From the NCBI GenBank assembly GCA_900617105.1, contig UYFQ01000651.1:1-64000 (forward strand): 64,000 bases of DNA, written 5' to 3'. The stretch comes from Hydrurus foetidus. Lineage: Eukaryota. Shown here piece after piece: positions 35,401 through 47,483 of the stretch (its first letter is position 1; every line of letters starts with the position of its first letter). A program made the position numbers and the translations under genes. The notes below the pieces were generated by a model. It saw only the letters and a list, made by a program, of their open reading frames with translations, searched no databases and was not told the DNA's origin.

Positions 35401-38400
35401 TGACCTCGACAACATATACGAAGAATTCTATTTAGAAAAAAGACATTTTACTAAATATGTAAAATTGGGTTGCAGCATATATACCACAACAGCGTATCAT
35501 AATTATTATTACTGCCACAGCATCATTAATTATTATTACTACCGCACGTACACGATACAGTCAGTACGGACAAGTTATCAAGAATGTTGAGAGACTCTCC
35601 TAAGCCTGAGAAAATTGGTATGGCACTCTACGGAATGCAGGTAAGAAACGCCCGACCTTTTTCCTTCTTTTTTTCTTTCTTCCCTTTTTTCCGCTCCCCT
35701 CTTGTATTTTCACTTGTCTTTTTTTCTTCCGATTTTGCATGGAAAGTTGAAGTGAACTTTTGTACTTTTCTTATTATTATTTTTGTTTTTTGTAACATCT
35801 TTGACAATCTTCTCGGTTAATTCTTCTTTTTTTATTGTACTGTTTTTTGTCATTTACCAAATATATTACATTGCGTCTTACATCATATCAAATTCAGGTC
35901 AAAAAACCAAAATTAACTTTGAATAAGTGTAACACTTATTCACACAATACGATTTGTTAATCTTAAAAATTATCTAATTTTCTTATTTATAATCTTTTAG
36001 GGTCTTTCTTCTCGATATGATTCCGTGAGGAAAATAATGGATTTGCTACTTCCTTTTGTTCGAAAAATGCCACCGCCATCTGGAAAAGTAGTAGGTGATT
36101 AATTCAACTTATATTTTGCAGAGATAATTTTTGTTATCAGATTTCGTGTCTTTTGTTAAAACTTATCAAAATTGTATTTATGGAATATGATGATTGAAGT
36201 TATTCGTAATAAATAAGACTGATTGTATATTATATTTATAGTTATGAAAGTTATTGATAATGCAATTACAACATTTCTAAGCAACCTATTTTGCTCCAGT
36301 CTATTAATCATTTGTTTTGTGATTTCATTATCAATTAGTTAGCAACTCACTTATTAAAATGATGAATTATTTAATAATCCAATACTTATCATACATTAAA
36401 ACACAAAATCTTTCAGGATTCTAAACAATTTGTAACACGTACATTTCGTGGACAAAATATCTTACAATACAAATTAAATATTGATTATAGTCAAAAACAA
36501 CTTTTTTATGATATCATATCGATTACAATACAACAAAATTTAAAATACCAATTCTTTAGAACACAATACATCTAATAATACAACACAAATTGCACGACGT
36601 ATTAGGATCATATATACTGTACATACTGTAGAATATGTGTTTCATAATTGTAAACGCATTTTACCTTTTTTACATGTCATAATATAATACATTTGTAATA
36701 CATTGTAAATTATAATACATAAACAAATTACAATAAAAACAATTCATTTATAATACAATATCGATTGTAATACAACAAAGCGTGGAATACTAAACACATT
36801 ACACAACAAAATATTTGAGAACACAATACAACGCAATATATCTTACAATACGATATAGACTTTAATACCAATTATCATATCAAATAAGATATGAAATTTT
36901 AAATACAACAAAATACAAATTATAATAAAAACATCTTAATTATAAGGCATGGCTATGCAGGGGTTCAAGGCGTGTTCGGGTAGGCCGACAGGAAGCCACG
37001 CAGAAGTATTATCAGCCCTTGCAATTAAATTGGCAGGATGGTCGAGTAAAAAAGAAAAAGATGTCAGACTGGATAGAAAGGGACTGGGTGCTGTTACGGA
37101 TGTACAAGTTACTTTGAGGAGGTATGCTATGTGTTTAAATATTGAAATATCGATAATTTTTAATGCATTTAATAGAGGGCACTTCCGTATAATATAATCT
37201 CAATTTTTTAAAACACTTTCTTCTTTTTCTTTTTTTAGTTCTCTGTGGGGCATCAGTCGACTGGACAGACAAACAACTCAAGTCAGAGAAGTGCTTAAGG
37301 TAAATTAAAACCCTCCCTCCCTGCCCCACTTCATATCAATATGATGGAACCACTTTGGTCCAACAATCACATAATCATTCTCTATCAAGATATCTTTCAT
37401 TGCACAATATAATACACAATATGTGAAGTATTGAATTATTGTTCCACGCCTGTAATACGATTTATGTTAAAAAAGTTAGATTTCGCTTTTTATCGTATAA
37501 TTCATTATGTTTCATTCCATTGCTCCTTTCATCATTCTTTTTATATAGTTTAAAAGATTTATTCTATTATTCGTTATATTATTTAGTTTGATTTATTTTA
37601 TTACCCGTTAATCAGTTTTTTCATTATTAATTCTATACTTCATTTACATTTATTTATTTTGCCATTCACTTAGTATTTCATTTTTCCATCATTTATTTAA
37701 TTGATTATTATTTTATGTAGGCCTTTGCAGTCGAAGTGTTGCAGTGGGACGTGCACACCCTGGACGCAAAAACCATATCCACTCTAAGTACGTACTGTAC
37801 GTTATTCTTTCTTTGTATTTTATGATGATTTGATTATTTTTGAAATTATAATGAGTTGATACGAATCAATGACGACAACAGATAAGAGACATCTGAATTT
37901 ATCTCAGAATTTATTTAAATTTCTAAATAATCGTATTCAAGCATCAAATCAATTTACATTATCTTAAAACAAATGAGAAAAAACAGACTGAAAATTTTTT
38001 GAATGACGTCATCAATATTTCTTGCCGTCTAATTTTCCGATTACCATCTAATTTTCTGATCTACAGGCGAAGTTTATAAAGGCGGTGACATCGAAAAAGA
38101 ACCCGAAGTCAAAGAACTATTGGCGAAAATTAGTCAATTTACAAATTCCGTAAAATCTCAAAATACGGATTACATAAAACGTAAAAAAGAGAAAAATGAC
38201 GTTTTGACGAGCAACGAAAATAGCAGCCATATTAACACTAAAAAGGCTGATACGAATGTACGTAAATCAATCGACTCACAGTCAGTCGTTAACATTGACA
38301 GTGTGGTATCGTCATTAGATGGTGAACTTGGATTTGACGAAGTGAAAAAATATTACGGAATGTCAAATCAAAAAAGTATCCCTCAAGGGAATTTGTACTC

Positions 38401-38677
38401 TTTACCTTCAGTGATTGAAGAGATGGAATTAGTGGAGGAAATAAAACAATCCAGAAAAGCCAAAATTGATGCAAGACATAAAAGACAACAAGATAATATC
38501 GATTCTAATCCTAACACTGATAATAAAAATAACTCTGATGGCACAACAACCAGCACTACCTCGTCCAGATCAAAACAGTTTAGACCCCCCAGGGCAAACA
38601 TTGAAGACAGTCCAAACAGAGGAAAAGTTTGGGTGCAAAAAAGTGTTCGAGAATCGGTAACAGGAGGAACAGTCTAA
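26482..38677 (+). CDS. Helical-repeat protein (~40-aa repeats, OPR/HPR-like) with N-terminal signal peptide; about 22 exons
   Basis: Exons e.g. 26945-27409, 27976-28123, 28718-28840, 29174-29266, 29683-29754, 30043-30153, 31596-31667, 31990-32060, 32213-32293, 32801-32900, 33287-33346, 33875-33993, 34536-34596, 35561-35640, 36001-36094, 36947-37121, last exon to 38677 splice in frame; recurring (I/L)SxALxGLQG motif. One apparent single-base loss in exon 2. Confidence 0.85.
29270..29411. mobile_element. ~140-bp MITE with TTGTC...GACAA ends and TA flanks; related copies near 33356, 35269, 40935, 45870, 49938, 56563, 56840, 59788
   Basis: Shared core CAACTAAACAGGAATATCACATTTTCGTACTCGAAAATGACCGCTGAGAACAACG (consensus by eye) in both orientations; TA flanks clear here and at 49936/50076. 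Confidence 0.75.
30141..30766 (+). repeat. Minisatellite (108,108,98,98,98,98 bp units) that duplicates an exon end and 5' splice site
   Basis: ACACG|GTATGT recurs with the exon-side G at 30153, 30261, 30369, 30467, 30565, 30663 and 30761 (last is GTAAGT); degenerate copies continue to ~31250. Confidence 0.93.
32910..33165. repeat. Degenerate (GTGTA/GTGTG)n pentanucleotide microsatellite, intronic
   Basis: Direct inspection. Confidence 0.9.
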
Positions 38678-40356
38678 AAAAGTATTCTATTTTTTCAAAT
38701 CCCAAATTCCGTTCATACAGTCTGGAATTAGGGGACGAAATGTACACATTTATTGTCAAGATTGTAAAAAAAAGGCCTCTATTCTTGTAGTAGTTTTGCA
38801 TACATTACTCTATATAATGAATGAAAGGGAAAGGGAAAATTCAGAATAATGATATTGGGGAAAGAAAAACGAAAGTGGAACAGAGTACGAAGTGTATGAT
38901 ACTGATGAATGCTACTCTTGTCAATTGATGCGGGGTAGGAGTGAGAATGATCTCAAAGAGTGCGTTAGCATTAGTCTCGTGTGCGGTGTTAATTGTTTGC
39001 ATTAATTGGCTCCATTTGTTGACTACAGTGAGGCAAAGGGAGGTGCAGTGCAGTGGGAGTGACGTAGGGACGACAGCTAACGGGGAAAGAAAGAAAGAAG
39101 AGTATAGGGAAATAGTGTGGAAGGGAGAAGAAAAGGGAGAGAAGGAGGGAATGTGATTCAGGATAAGTGAGAGAGGGAGGGGGGAGAATGACAAGAAGAA
39201 GAAGGAGAGGCCGTGAACATGATAGCAGTATCCACGGTATAAAGGAATACGGTGCGTTGGTAGTCTGTCAAGCACAGCAGAACTACAATGCGTATGTAAC
39301 ACTGAGATAGTACTTAGCACTTGTCTGCTGTGCTACGTTAACAACACAGTATTACTCTACACTCTACTGCACTACCACATGATTAAGTACTGCAAGCAAA
39401 ACAGATCAGAATCAGATGATGAATTAGGTCATGCGATGATTCTCAAGATTGCGAGTGATGAGTTATGGAGGAGAAAAAAGAAGAACAAAAATTCAGTGGG
39501 TGAAGTAAAATGTGATGACGTGGGGTGAGGTGAGATAGGATGAGATCATCGACTGGCATCAACTTGCAAGTTAACCGATAACGACCGATAATGTTATTTT
39601 ATGATACAGTAGAATATTCTACAATCTTCTTCGATTCGTCACAACACAGCACACACATCGTGTGGCACTTTTTAAATGTATGATAACTATGCATTGCCTT
39701 GTCTCTATGTACATTATACTAAAAACGTACGTTACCTAGCACCGTACGGACAAAACACACGCGCCTTTTCCTTCCGCATGATGTGAAATCCCAAACATAA
39801 AAGATAATGAAAAAGAGTATACATTGTGTCCCTCTTCAAAATGATAAAAAGTAAAAGACAAAAATCATGCGGACCTTGGGTGAGACAAGAGGATACAGCA
39901 CACATCTGCTCATCGCAAATTATAATTATAATCTTACCGCTCATCATTACGTGATACCTAATCGTCAGTTTGTAATTAAATATTTTCAGTATTTTAATAC
40001 GGAGTGTTCTTTTCTTTCCCGAACATGTTCTTCCTTCAAAATCTTTTCTAAACAAGATAAGCGCAAATCATACAATGCAATCCCAATGTAATTCCTGTCT
40101 TCAAAATCAAAAAGTAGAAAGAAAAACGAAAATAAAAGCAGTGCGACACGTCACTGGAGTGTTTCTGCAAATTAGTAAAATAAAGTCCTGGAAGGATTTT
40201 AGAAAATTTCCCTCACATCGATTATTCATCTGGATCATTATTACCTCTCATCTCAATATGATAATTACTTTGCTATGCTTATTTTCGATTAACTTTATTT
40301 GTCTGTGCAATTTGGAACTAACGTTTCTTTCTGTTACATAAAAACCATTTTCGGTT

Positions 40357-40620
40357 ATACATGTAATTTTTTCGCCCTTTTTTCTTTTCATGTACACATC
40401 AGTTGTACTTCATCATTCTTTACAGTATCAAAGTATTTCTATTTTGTGATGATTTCCTTCACCTTCTCATTTCACTCTCTATACTTCTGAAACGTCACTC
40501 TAACTTACATGATACAAACGATACGAATCATCACAAAATAGAAATACTGTGATACTGTAAAAAATAGTACAGTACAACTGATGTGTACATGAAAAGAAAA
40601 AAAAGCAAAAAAATAATGTA
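40357..40620. repeat. Imperfect inverted repeat (~95-bp arms, ~70-bp spacer)
   Basis: TTTTCTTTTCATGTACACATCAGTTGTACT...AGTATTTCTATTTTGTGATGATT mirrored by AATCATCACAAAATAGAAATACT...AGTACAACTGATGTGTACATGAAAAGAAAA. Confidence 0.9.
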
Positions 40621-41130
40621 ATACCTATGTTTTTTATTTTTAAATTCTAATGATGGGCAAAGTCAAATAAAAATAACCATCGAAGGAGAAGATATATCAA
40701 TATGCACATATCGAATAATGTAACCATGTGTGACGTCATTACTTTTGAAAAACGAAAAATGAGAAACGTGAAATTATTTGTGGTTCTGGAATTTAGCTTC
40801 AAGATACTGTTCTAATATTGTCGAAATCACAACTTAATGCTCGCTCCCTCTCCGTCAATCTCCTCTATCCTATCAGTCACCCATCTCCGCCGACGATTCT
40901 GTTCTTCTATCTCCTCCACATCTTGCTGTATGTATTGTCGAAGTAACAACTAAAGAAAAATATCACATTTTCATACTCGAAAATGACCGCTGATAACAAC
41001 GATAATCTCTCCATTTTAGTGAAATGTGCTTTATTTACCAGAGACTTCAAGAATATCATGAACTTAAATTTTTATCCGTTTTTTAAAAAAGAAAAACAGT
41101 CGGAATGATGAAATGAGATGAAAAAATTCG

Positions 41131-42399
41131 CTATTTTTTCGTTTTTATTAATCCCAATGTGATGCTATTATGCGCCACAATTACGGTTCGTTCCGGTATA
41201 TCATACCGTTGACAAAACAGAACATCTTTACTCAAATTTATTTTTGGATTATTCTGAGGCTTCGGAAACTTTCCACGGGAATTCATTTGTTCCCGTATAA
41301 AACGATCAAAACTTTTATTAGATGATAATTCATTAATATTTCTAAGACTACGGTTTACTTTTAAACTATTTTCGATTTTATTTCGATTAATTTCTGATTT
41401 TATTATTCCGTCAGAAAAGATCAAATTTTTGATATTGCTGCTATTATGCAATAGAAAAACAAAAGAATCGATGGCTTTGAAATCTTTTTCTTCATTTGTC
41501 AGTGGATTATTTGACATATCTATGTCAGTAATATGGGGTAACATCATTAATTTTTCTGCAAAATATTGACCGGCTTGAGAGTCGATAAAATTATTTGCAA
41601 GATTAACACTATTAATGTGAGTATTTAGCATCAGAAATTGTGTCATAACAGTAATCTCCATGAGTCTGAAATTCATCCCATTTAAATCAAGATGTTTTTC
41701 ATTTTTATTTTCCATTTCTTCGATTTTCATGCCGTTTAATTCTTTAATTCCCTTCGGAATATTCCCATTTGTTCCGAAGAATGCTTGAAAAAGAATCAAA
41801 CCATCATTTTCCGAACTATTCATATTATTGTTCCTAAGATCGAGAATTTCAATTGGCTGCTGAGGAATATTCAGAACAGCTGTAGCTCCTAAGAATCGAG
41901 CAGCGCGACTCATTCTTTCTCTTTGAGTACCTTGGGAGCAAATGACAATTATCTCATGCAGCGAAACAGTCGTCAACATGTTCGATGACAAACGTAACGT
42001 CTTCAATGCTTTAAGTTTCCCAAGATATGGAGATATCGTAGCAAATTGGTCGTCATCCATGTAGCAGTTGGTCAATGAAAAATGTTGGATTTGATCTTTG
42101 AATCTTCGGAGAAACTCCAGAACAACTCCATGAGGACCATCAAGTAATCTTCTGCCGTTGATACTCAAGGAAAAAACTCCGTCGGAGTCTTTCTTTAAAT
42201 CTGAGAATTTACTCAATTGAGAAAAGAGTTCATCATCGCTACAACCTAAAGCTTTGTTTAATGTACCCTTCGTAGGACTCCGGCTTCTAGAACGCTCTTC
42301 TCCACCATTGCGTGAACCAAAGTGCACATTTTTCTGACGGATTGAGGGGTTTCTGATTGACGAGGCTCCAATCGATAGTTTTCTCATTATGTTCTCCAT
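41131..42399 (-). CDS. Leucine-rich repeat (RNI-like) protein
   Basis: LKTLRLSSNML, IEILDLRNNNM, INSVNLANNFI, ITDIDMSNNPL; first ATG 42399. Confidence 0.9.
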   Translation of the reverse strand: MENIMRKLSIGASSIRNPSIRQKNVHFGSRNGGEERSRSRSPTKGTLNKALGCSDDELFSQLSKFSDLKKDSDGVFSLSINGRRLLDGPHGVVLEFLRRFKDQIQHFSLTNCYMDDDQFATISPYLGKLKALKTLRLSSNMLTTVSLHEIIVICSQGTQRERMSRAARFLGATAVLNIPQQPIEILDLRNNNMNSSENDGLILFQAFFGTNGNIPKGIKELNGMKIEEMENKNEKHLDLNGMNFRLMEITVMTQFLMLNTHINSVNLANNFIDSQAGQYFAEKLMMLPHITDIDMSNNPLTNEEKDFKAIDSFVFLLHNSSNIKNLIFSDGIIKSEINRNKIENSLKVNRSLRNINELSSNKSFDRFIREQMNSRGKFPKPQNNPKINLSKDVLFCQRYDIPERTVIVAHNSITLGLIKTKK

Positions 42400-42790
42400 T
42401 GCAGACAGCTCTCGAGGTGATGGAGACAAATCGATCAAAAAAATCGATTTCGATGTGTAGTATCAGATTTCAGAGTTGAAAGCTGCTGCACAGGTCGAAT
42501 TGCTGTGCTACACCTACCACAACTCTAGCATCATCATTACGAACTGCGAATTACCCTTCAAAACGATGAAGCTGAACAGTGAAGGAGAGAGGATTGAGGA
42601 AGACGTTATTTACCATTGTTTACCGAGGCTTACGGTAGATTACGGTTGAAGTCGCGAGAACAGCCGAAATATGTCGGATATTGTCACGAAGTGATCAACA
42701 TCATGTTGTGTGGAAGTGCAGAGACATGACCTCATTGTACTGCGATATCTACTAGAAAAAGAGGCGACTAAGGTCGGTTATCTTCTAGCG

Positions 42791-43648
42791 ATGATTCGGA
42801 ATGCAATTTTTGTTTCCCTTTTAGTGGTGTTTTTCACTAATTTCATCGTAAGCAAGAAAGATGGGCTGAATCCAAAGTCATCACTTATTCAACATGATAA
42901 AAAGAAAGACTGCGAGGATAAACCCATTACCAGCATGCCTTGTTTTCTCCCATCTGAGTATCAGGTACTGGGAGAATCAAGCTCTCGTTTTCATATACGT
43001 CAAGTACCTGGCGATGGAGGATGTTTATTCCATTCACTAGCAGTCTGTGTCAGATTTCTGCGCGATAAGAGCCATCCTGTCTACTTCGATATCGATTTAA
43101 GAAAACTGTCCGATAAGTTACGGCAAACTTCTGTTAAGATTCTGCGTACTCCAGGACTGTGTTTAGCAATGGAGGGAGGTGAAGAGATCATCTCTTCGGA
43201 ACTCTTAAAAATGGTCTCAGCGAATTACAACATGACAGACGGCGAGTACCTTCAGCAAATGTTACTCGCAAATACTTGGGGTGGCGGTCCTGAGATTGTG
43301 GCTTTGTCGAATCACTTAAAGCGACCTATTCATGTTTACGAATTACACACTCATGGGACGATTAGAAAAGAATTTCAATTGAAAATCTGTGCGAAATTCG
43401 GATCGCCCACTTTTGATGAGAAACGACCGTTACAGATTTTATGCGCTGACGGCAGATTTCCCAACATTTCACCCGGCTCTCAAAAAGATATTGGGGATCA
43501 TTTTCTGGCTCTATTCCCTTGTTCTGTAAAGAAACCGATAGGAACATCAAAAGCAACTTTTTCTGCTTTGAATAAAGTGAAACGGCCAAAGTGGTTGGGA
43601 AAAGTCAAAGAAGTTGATCAAATTTCGACAATTTCAACACAAGAATAG
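42791..43648 (+). CDS. OTU-family cysteine protease (deubiquitinase) with N-terminal hydrophobic segment
   Basis: VPGDGGCLFHSL (catalytic D/C), WGGGPEIVALS, DHFLAL (catalytic H); first ATG 42791. Confidence 0.92.
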   Translation: MIRNAIFVSLLVVFFTNFIVSKKDGLNPKSSLIQHDKKKDCEDKPITSMPCFLPSEYQVLGESSSRFHIRQVPGDGGCLFHSLAVCVRFLRDKSHPVYFDIDLRKLSDKLRQTSVKILRTPGLCLAMEGGEEIISSELLKMVSANYNMTDGEYLQQMLLANTWGGGPEIVALSNHLKRPIHVYELHTHGTIRKEFQLKICAKFGSPTFDEKRPLQILCADGRFPNISPGSQKDIGDHFLALFPCSVKKPIGTSKATFSALNKVKRPKWLGKVKEVDQISTISTQE

Positions 43649-44889
43649 CATTGCTAATATAGTGTGAAATTGGATTTGAGGATGTTAGTAGAAAATTCTG
43701 ATTGCCTTGGTGAAGAGAGTAGAATGTAATTGATAATTCTGTTAGTACGTCATGAAGTTACTTGGTTCAAATTGTTAGCACTAGTGTACAATTGTAAAAA
43801 GACAAATAAAAGACACATTTATTTTCGCGAATCATAACGCATTTTTCTAAACCGCAGCTGATGTAAAGAATGTGGTTTCATTCCATTGAATTATAAATTA
43901 GTAGAGCATTCATTCTCACACACTGTTATTCCTAATTCGAATTTTAGAGACGTGATAAGTATAAGTTTTGATATGCGTACACATCTGCAAATATTGTTTC
44001 ATAGAAAAAGTGTGATAATTTTGTTGTTGTTGAGAATCTGATAATGCGAGTTACACGATAAATTGATTTATTTTATCCTATCCCATCCCACCATCTGAAT
44101 TTCTGAATCACAATTTTTTCTTTTTGCCCAATTAATTGCCGTACATTTCTACTGGGATTTCCATAAATGATTAAAAAATCAAGAATTCGATTCATGAAAA
44201 TAGATACGTCTTTCCTATTCTATTTATTTCAATTTGAATTTGAATTTGTGAAAATGCAATGCACCTGCTGCTCGAAAAGTTTAATAGATGAGATGCATAC
44301 TAAAACATGATTGAGATGTAGTAAAGATGCATTTTATCACTTTCAATACATCTAGTAATACAGGACTATTTCTGCTTTGTTGACGATCTGTCAAAATATG
44401 TGATGTCGGGATGTCAGAAACTTCTGGTGTGCATTTGATGGATTAACAATAATACCACAATACACAAAAATGTTTCGTAATACAACTCGACAATTCACGC
44501 AGAAAACAAGCAGCAATTTGATAAAATAAAAATTGCAGTACCGTATACTGTACAGTGCCGATGAACACCCAACATCTTGATAGCTTTCTACCGCACATCA
44601 GGCTCCGCAGGACCTTGGACCGACTTCAACCTTCAACTCGACCGTTGGTTTTCTGAGCAACTGTTACTCTCAGCTGGAGCTGCCGTATGACGAAGTTGCT
44701 AAGCTCTGTGGATCTCAACTAAAGGTGACAGGCGTGAGGTGGAAACGTATCGATAGGTGCCTCGTTTCGTTGTCCAGCTTTTGAGCGCTATAAATTAAAA
44801 GAAATTATAAAATTTATCGAAGGAAAGGGGAATCTAGCGTCCTATATTTGAAGTGGACTGTTTATTAAATTACTTCCATTTCGATCCAG

Positions 44890-46485
44890 ATGTCGACAAA
44901 ACGGACGAGAAATACTTCAGCCACGGAGCCACCACTAACCCCAAAGAGAAGATCGGCATCTCTTTCTACTGCAAAGGCAGAAGTTGTCGAAAAGGGAAAA
45001 CGGAAGATTGTTGTCGTTGGTGATGATGCGGGTCAATCACCCACCAAATCTCCTAAAAAGGCTGCAGTTTTAATAGCCATCACATCAGCTGTCACGAGAG
45101 GGTCTTCGAGAAAATCACTCGCAGAGGAGGAGCAAAGAAGAGAAGTTGTGTTGGATGATTTTATCGAAGAGAGGAGACCCCGCACAACCAGAAGTAAAGG
45201 GATCGTGCCATCAGAGGAGTACGATTGCACTTCAATTCGATGATTTAATTCAGTGATTCAAAAGGCTTCTTAGCTTCAATTTAATCTCGTGAAATTCGAT
45301 ACTTTTTAATCATTAATTTAATGCAGGGTCCCCGTAACCGTCCCGGCGAAGGTACCGGTGAAAAGACTTCGTCCCCGTTCCCTCAGAAGGTTCTCTCCGT
45401 CCGCTGAAGAGATAGCACTGATGCAAGGCGGATTACATGATTTCGGAGAAGATGATGATGATGATGATGTTGTGACATTGTCGGTCAAAGCACCTCGTGA
45501 TCCGATCACAACGCGATCAAGAACAGCACCTGCCAGGTGATGTAATATATCTAATGTATAGACTTTTAGATGCTTTACTTCATCACATCCCTCTCTGAGT
45601 GACGTATAGTATATTTATGTATAGTATAGTTTATGGTATAGCGTAGTATAATGTAGTGGAGAGGAGTAATATGTGACGTGCAATGGAAGGAGGGTGAAAT
45701 ATGAAAGACACTACAGTTCCGAACTATATAAGACAGTATATCAAAATGTGTCCCATCCTGTGCTATCCCATCCCAAAATATCACATCTCGTCATCACGTA
45801 ATGTCGTGATAAGGACTTGCCAATCGTTCCCAAGATTGCCTTGAAGTGTATTTGACGAAGAGAGAATGATAAGCGTTGTTCTCAGTGGTCATTTTCGAGT
45901 CCGACAATATTATATTTCTGTTTAATTGTTAATTCGACAATTCTAGTAATGAATCCGCTTTTATGATTACCTGGTTCTCATTTAAAATTGTTTTGTCGAT
46001 TAATTCATACTATAACTGTTTTTTTCTTTTTCCGTAAATTTTTCTAATCTACCCTTCATACTGTCTTTTTCTTTCACAGCCAAGATGCACGGAAGTTCTA
46101 CGTGGCTCCTGTGCTGTTTAAGGAGAGTAACAAACAAGAAGAATCAGTCAGTCTAGCAGAGCGATACTGGTTTACGATGTACAATTGTTTCAGAACTCTT
46201 GCTCCATTGTTCCTCGCAATTGTCGTGTTTCTCTACGCTGTTTCAGCTTCAACGAATTCTCAAAAGATAGCTAGTGTTGGATTAGCGTATGCGTTTGTTT
46301 TCTTAGGAATAATGGCAACGTTCTACTGTACAGCATTGCCACTTATCGTTGCGTCAAATATGGTCAGTCGATTCATTTTTTCAAACGGAGCATCGATGCA
46401 GAAGGATTTGACAAGAGCACTTCTTTTTTTCCTAACAATTGGATGTGTTCTTTTTTTCGCTTATTACCCCATAGGATTGTTCTGA
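44890..46485 (+). CDS. Membrane protein of unknown function, 3 exons (44890-45218, 45327-45536, 46080-46485)
   Basis: In-frame GT-AG splicing; basic S/T/P-rich N-terminus and about three C-terminal hydrophobic helices. Confidence 0.8.
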
Positions 46486-47483
46486 TTTTTATTTTCAAAA
46501 TACAAAATACAGAATTCTAATGTGTTGTAGTGGTGTCATCTGTGAACGTACACTATGTAGCGTACCGCACGCGTATTAATTCCAATTTGAAGTAGGATGA
46601 TCAGAATGATGTGGGATAGGCTGGGTTGAGTTGAAATTTGTTTTGTTGGGTAATGCTCCGAACAAGTTTCATATTATTGCCGTCATTATTTATTTTAGTG
46701 TTTTAGAATTTCACTAGATGTCAGTATTGTTATTATGAATTTTGCTTGATTTTACGAAATCAAGAGTAAATCCACTAATTATTGTACATGTTCTCTGATT
46801 CTTAATTTGTTTCTAATATAAATGAAGAATTCTTTCACTTTTTCAAAACCTTTACTTTTTCTTTTTCATAATAAGATTCAGATAAAGCGATTTATTTTTT
46901 TTTATTTTTATTTTTATTTCATATACCATATACCTAGTCCAGGATTTGTGAATTTTAGCAAGTCCGCAATTTCACTGTATTTTTACAACACATTGAAAAT
47001 TATTTCAGCCAAGTGGGTCAGGTTTTTTCTTTTTTCACGTTTTTTCTCTTACGGGTTCATGAATAACTATCTACCGATACGCACTGCAAAAAATGATAGA
47101 AAACGATACATCTACTTTAGAGCAGTACTGTAGCTTCCACGTACGTTCTTCCACTATTATTCAAGATACAATCTACTCTCCATTTTACAGTATATTATTT
47201 CATGTATTTTCAGTGAAATACGCGAAGGAAAAAAATGCCGTTGGTATAACAAATTGTGCGATGGTTCATAGGTGGATCAAAGGGAGAAAATCATAATAAA
47301 GAATAAATGTAGTCAAGTCTAGATGTACATTCCACATATATAATAACTATCATCAAACCAGCATCATAACAGCAAGGATCGTGCTAAATTTAATAAATTG
47401 AACTCTATTAAACTGAATGAAATAAAATAATTGGAACGGTAATTAATAAAATGCGAAATACACTTACAATTCTCAATTCTCTT

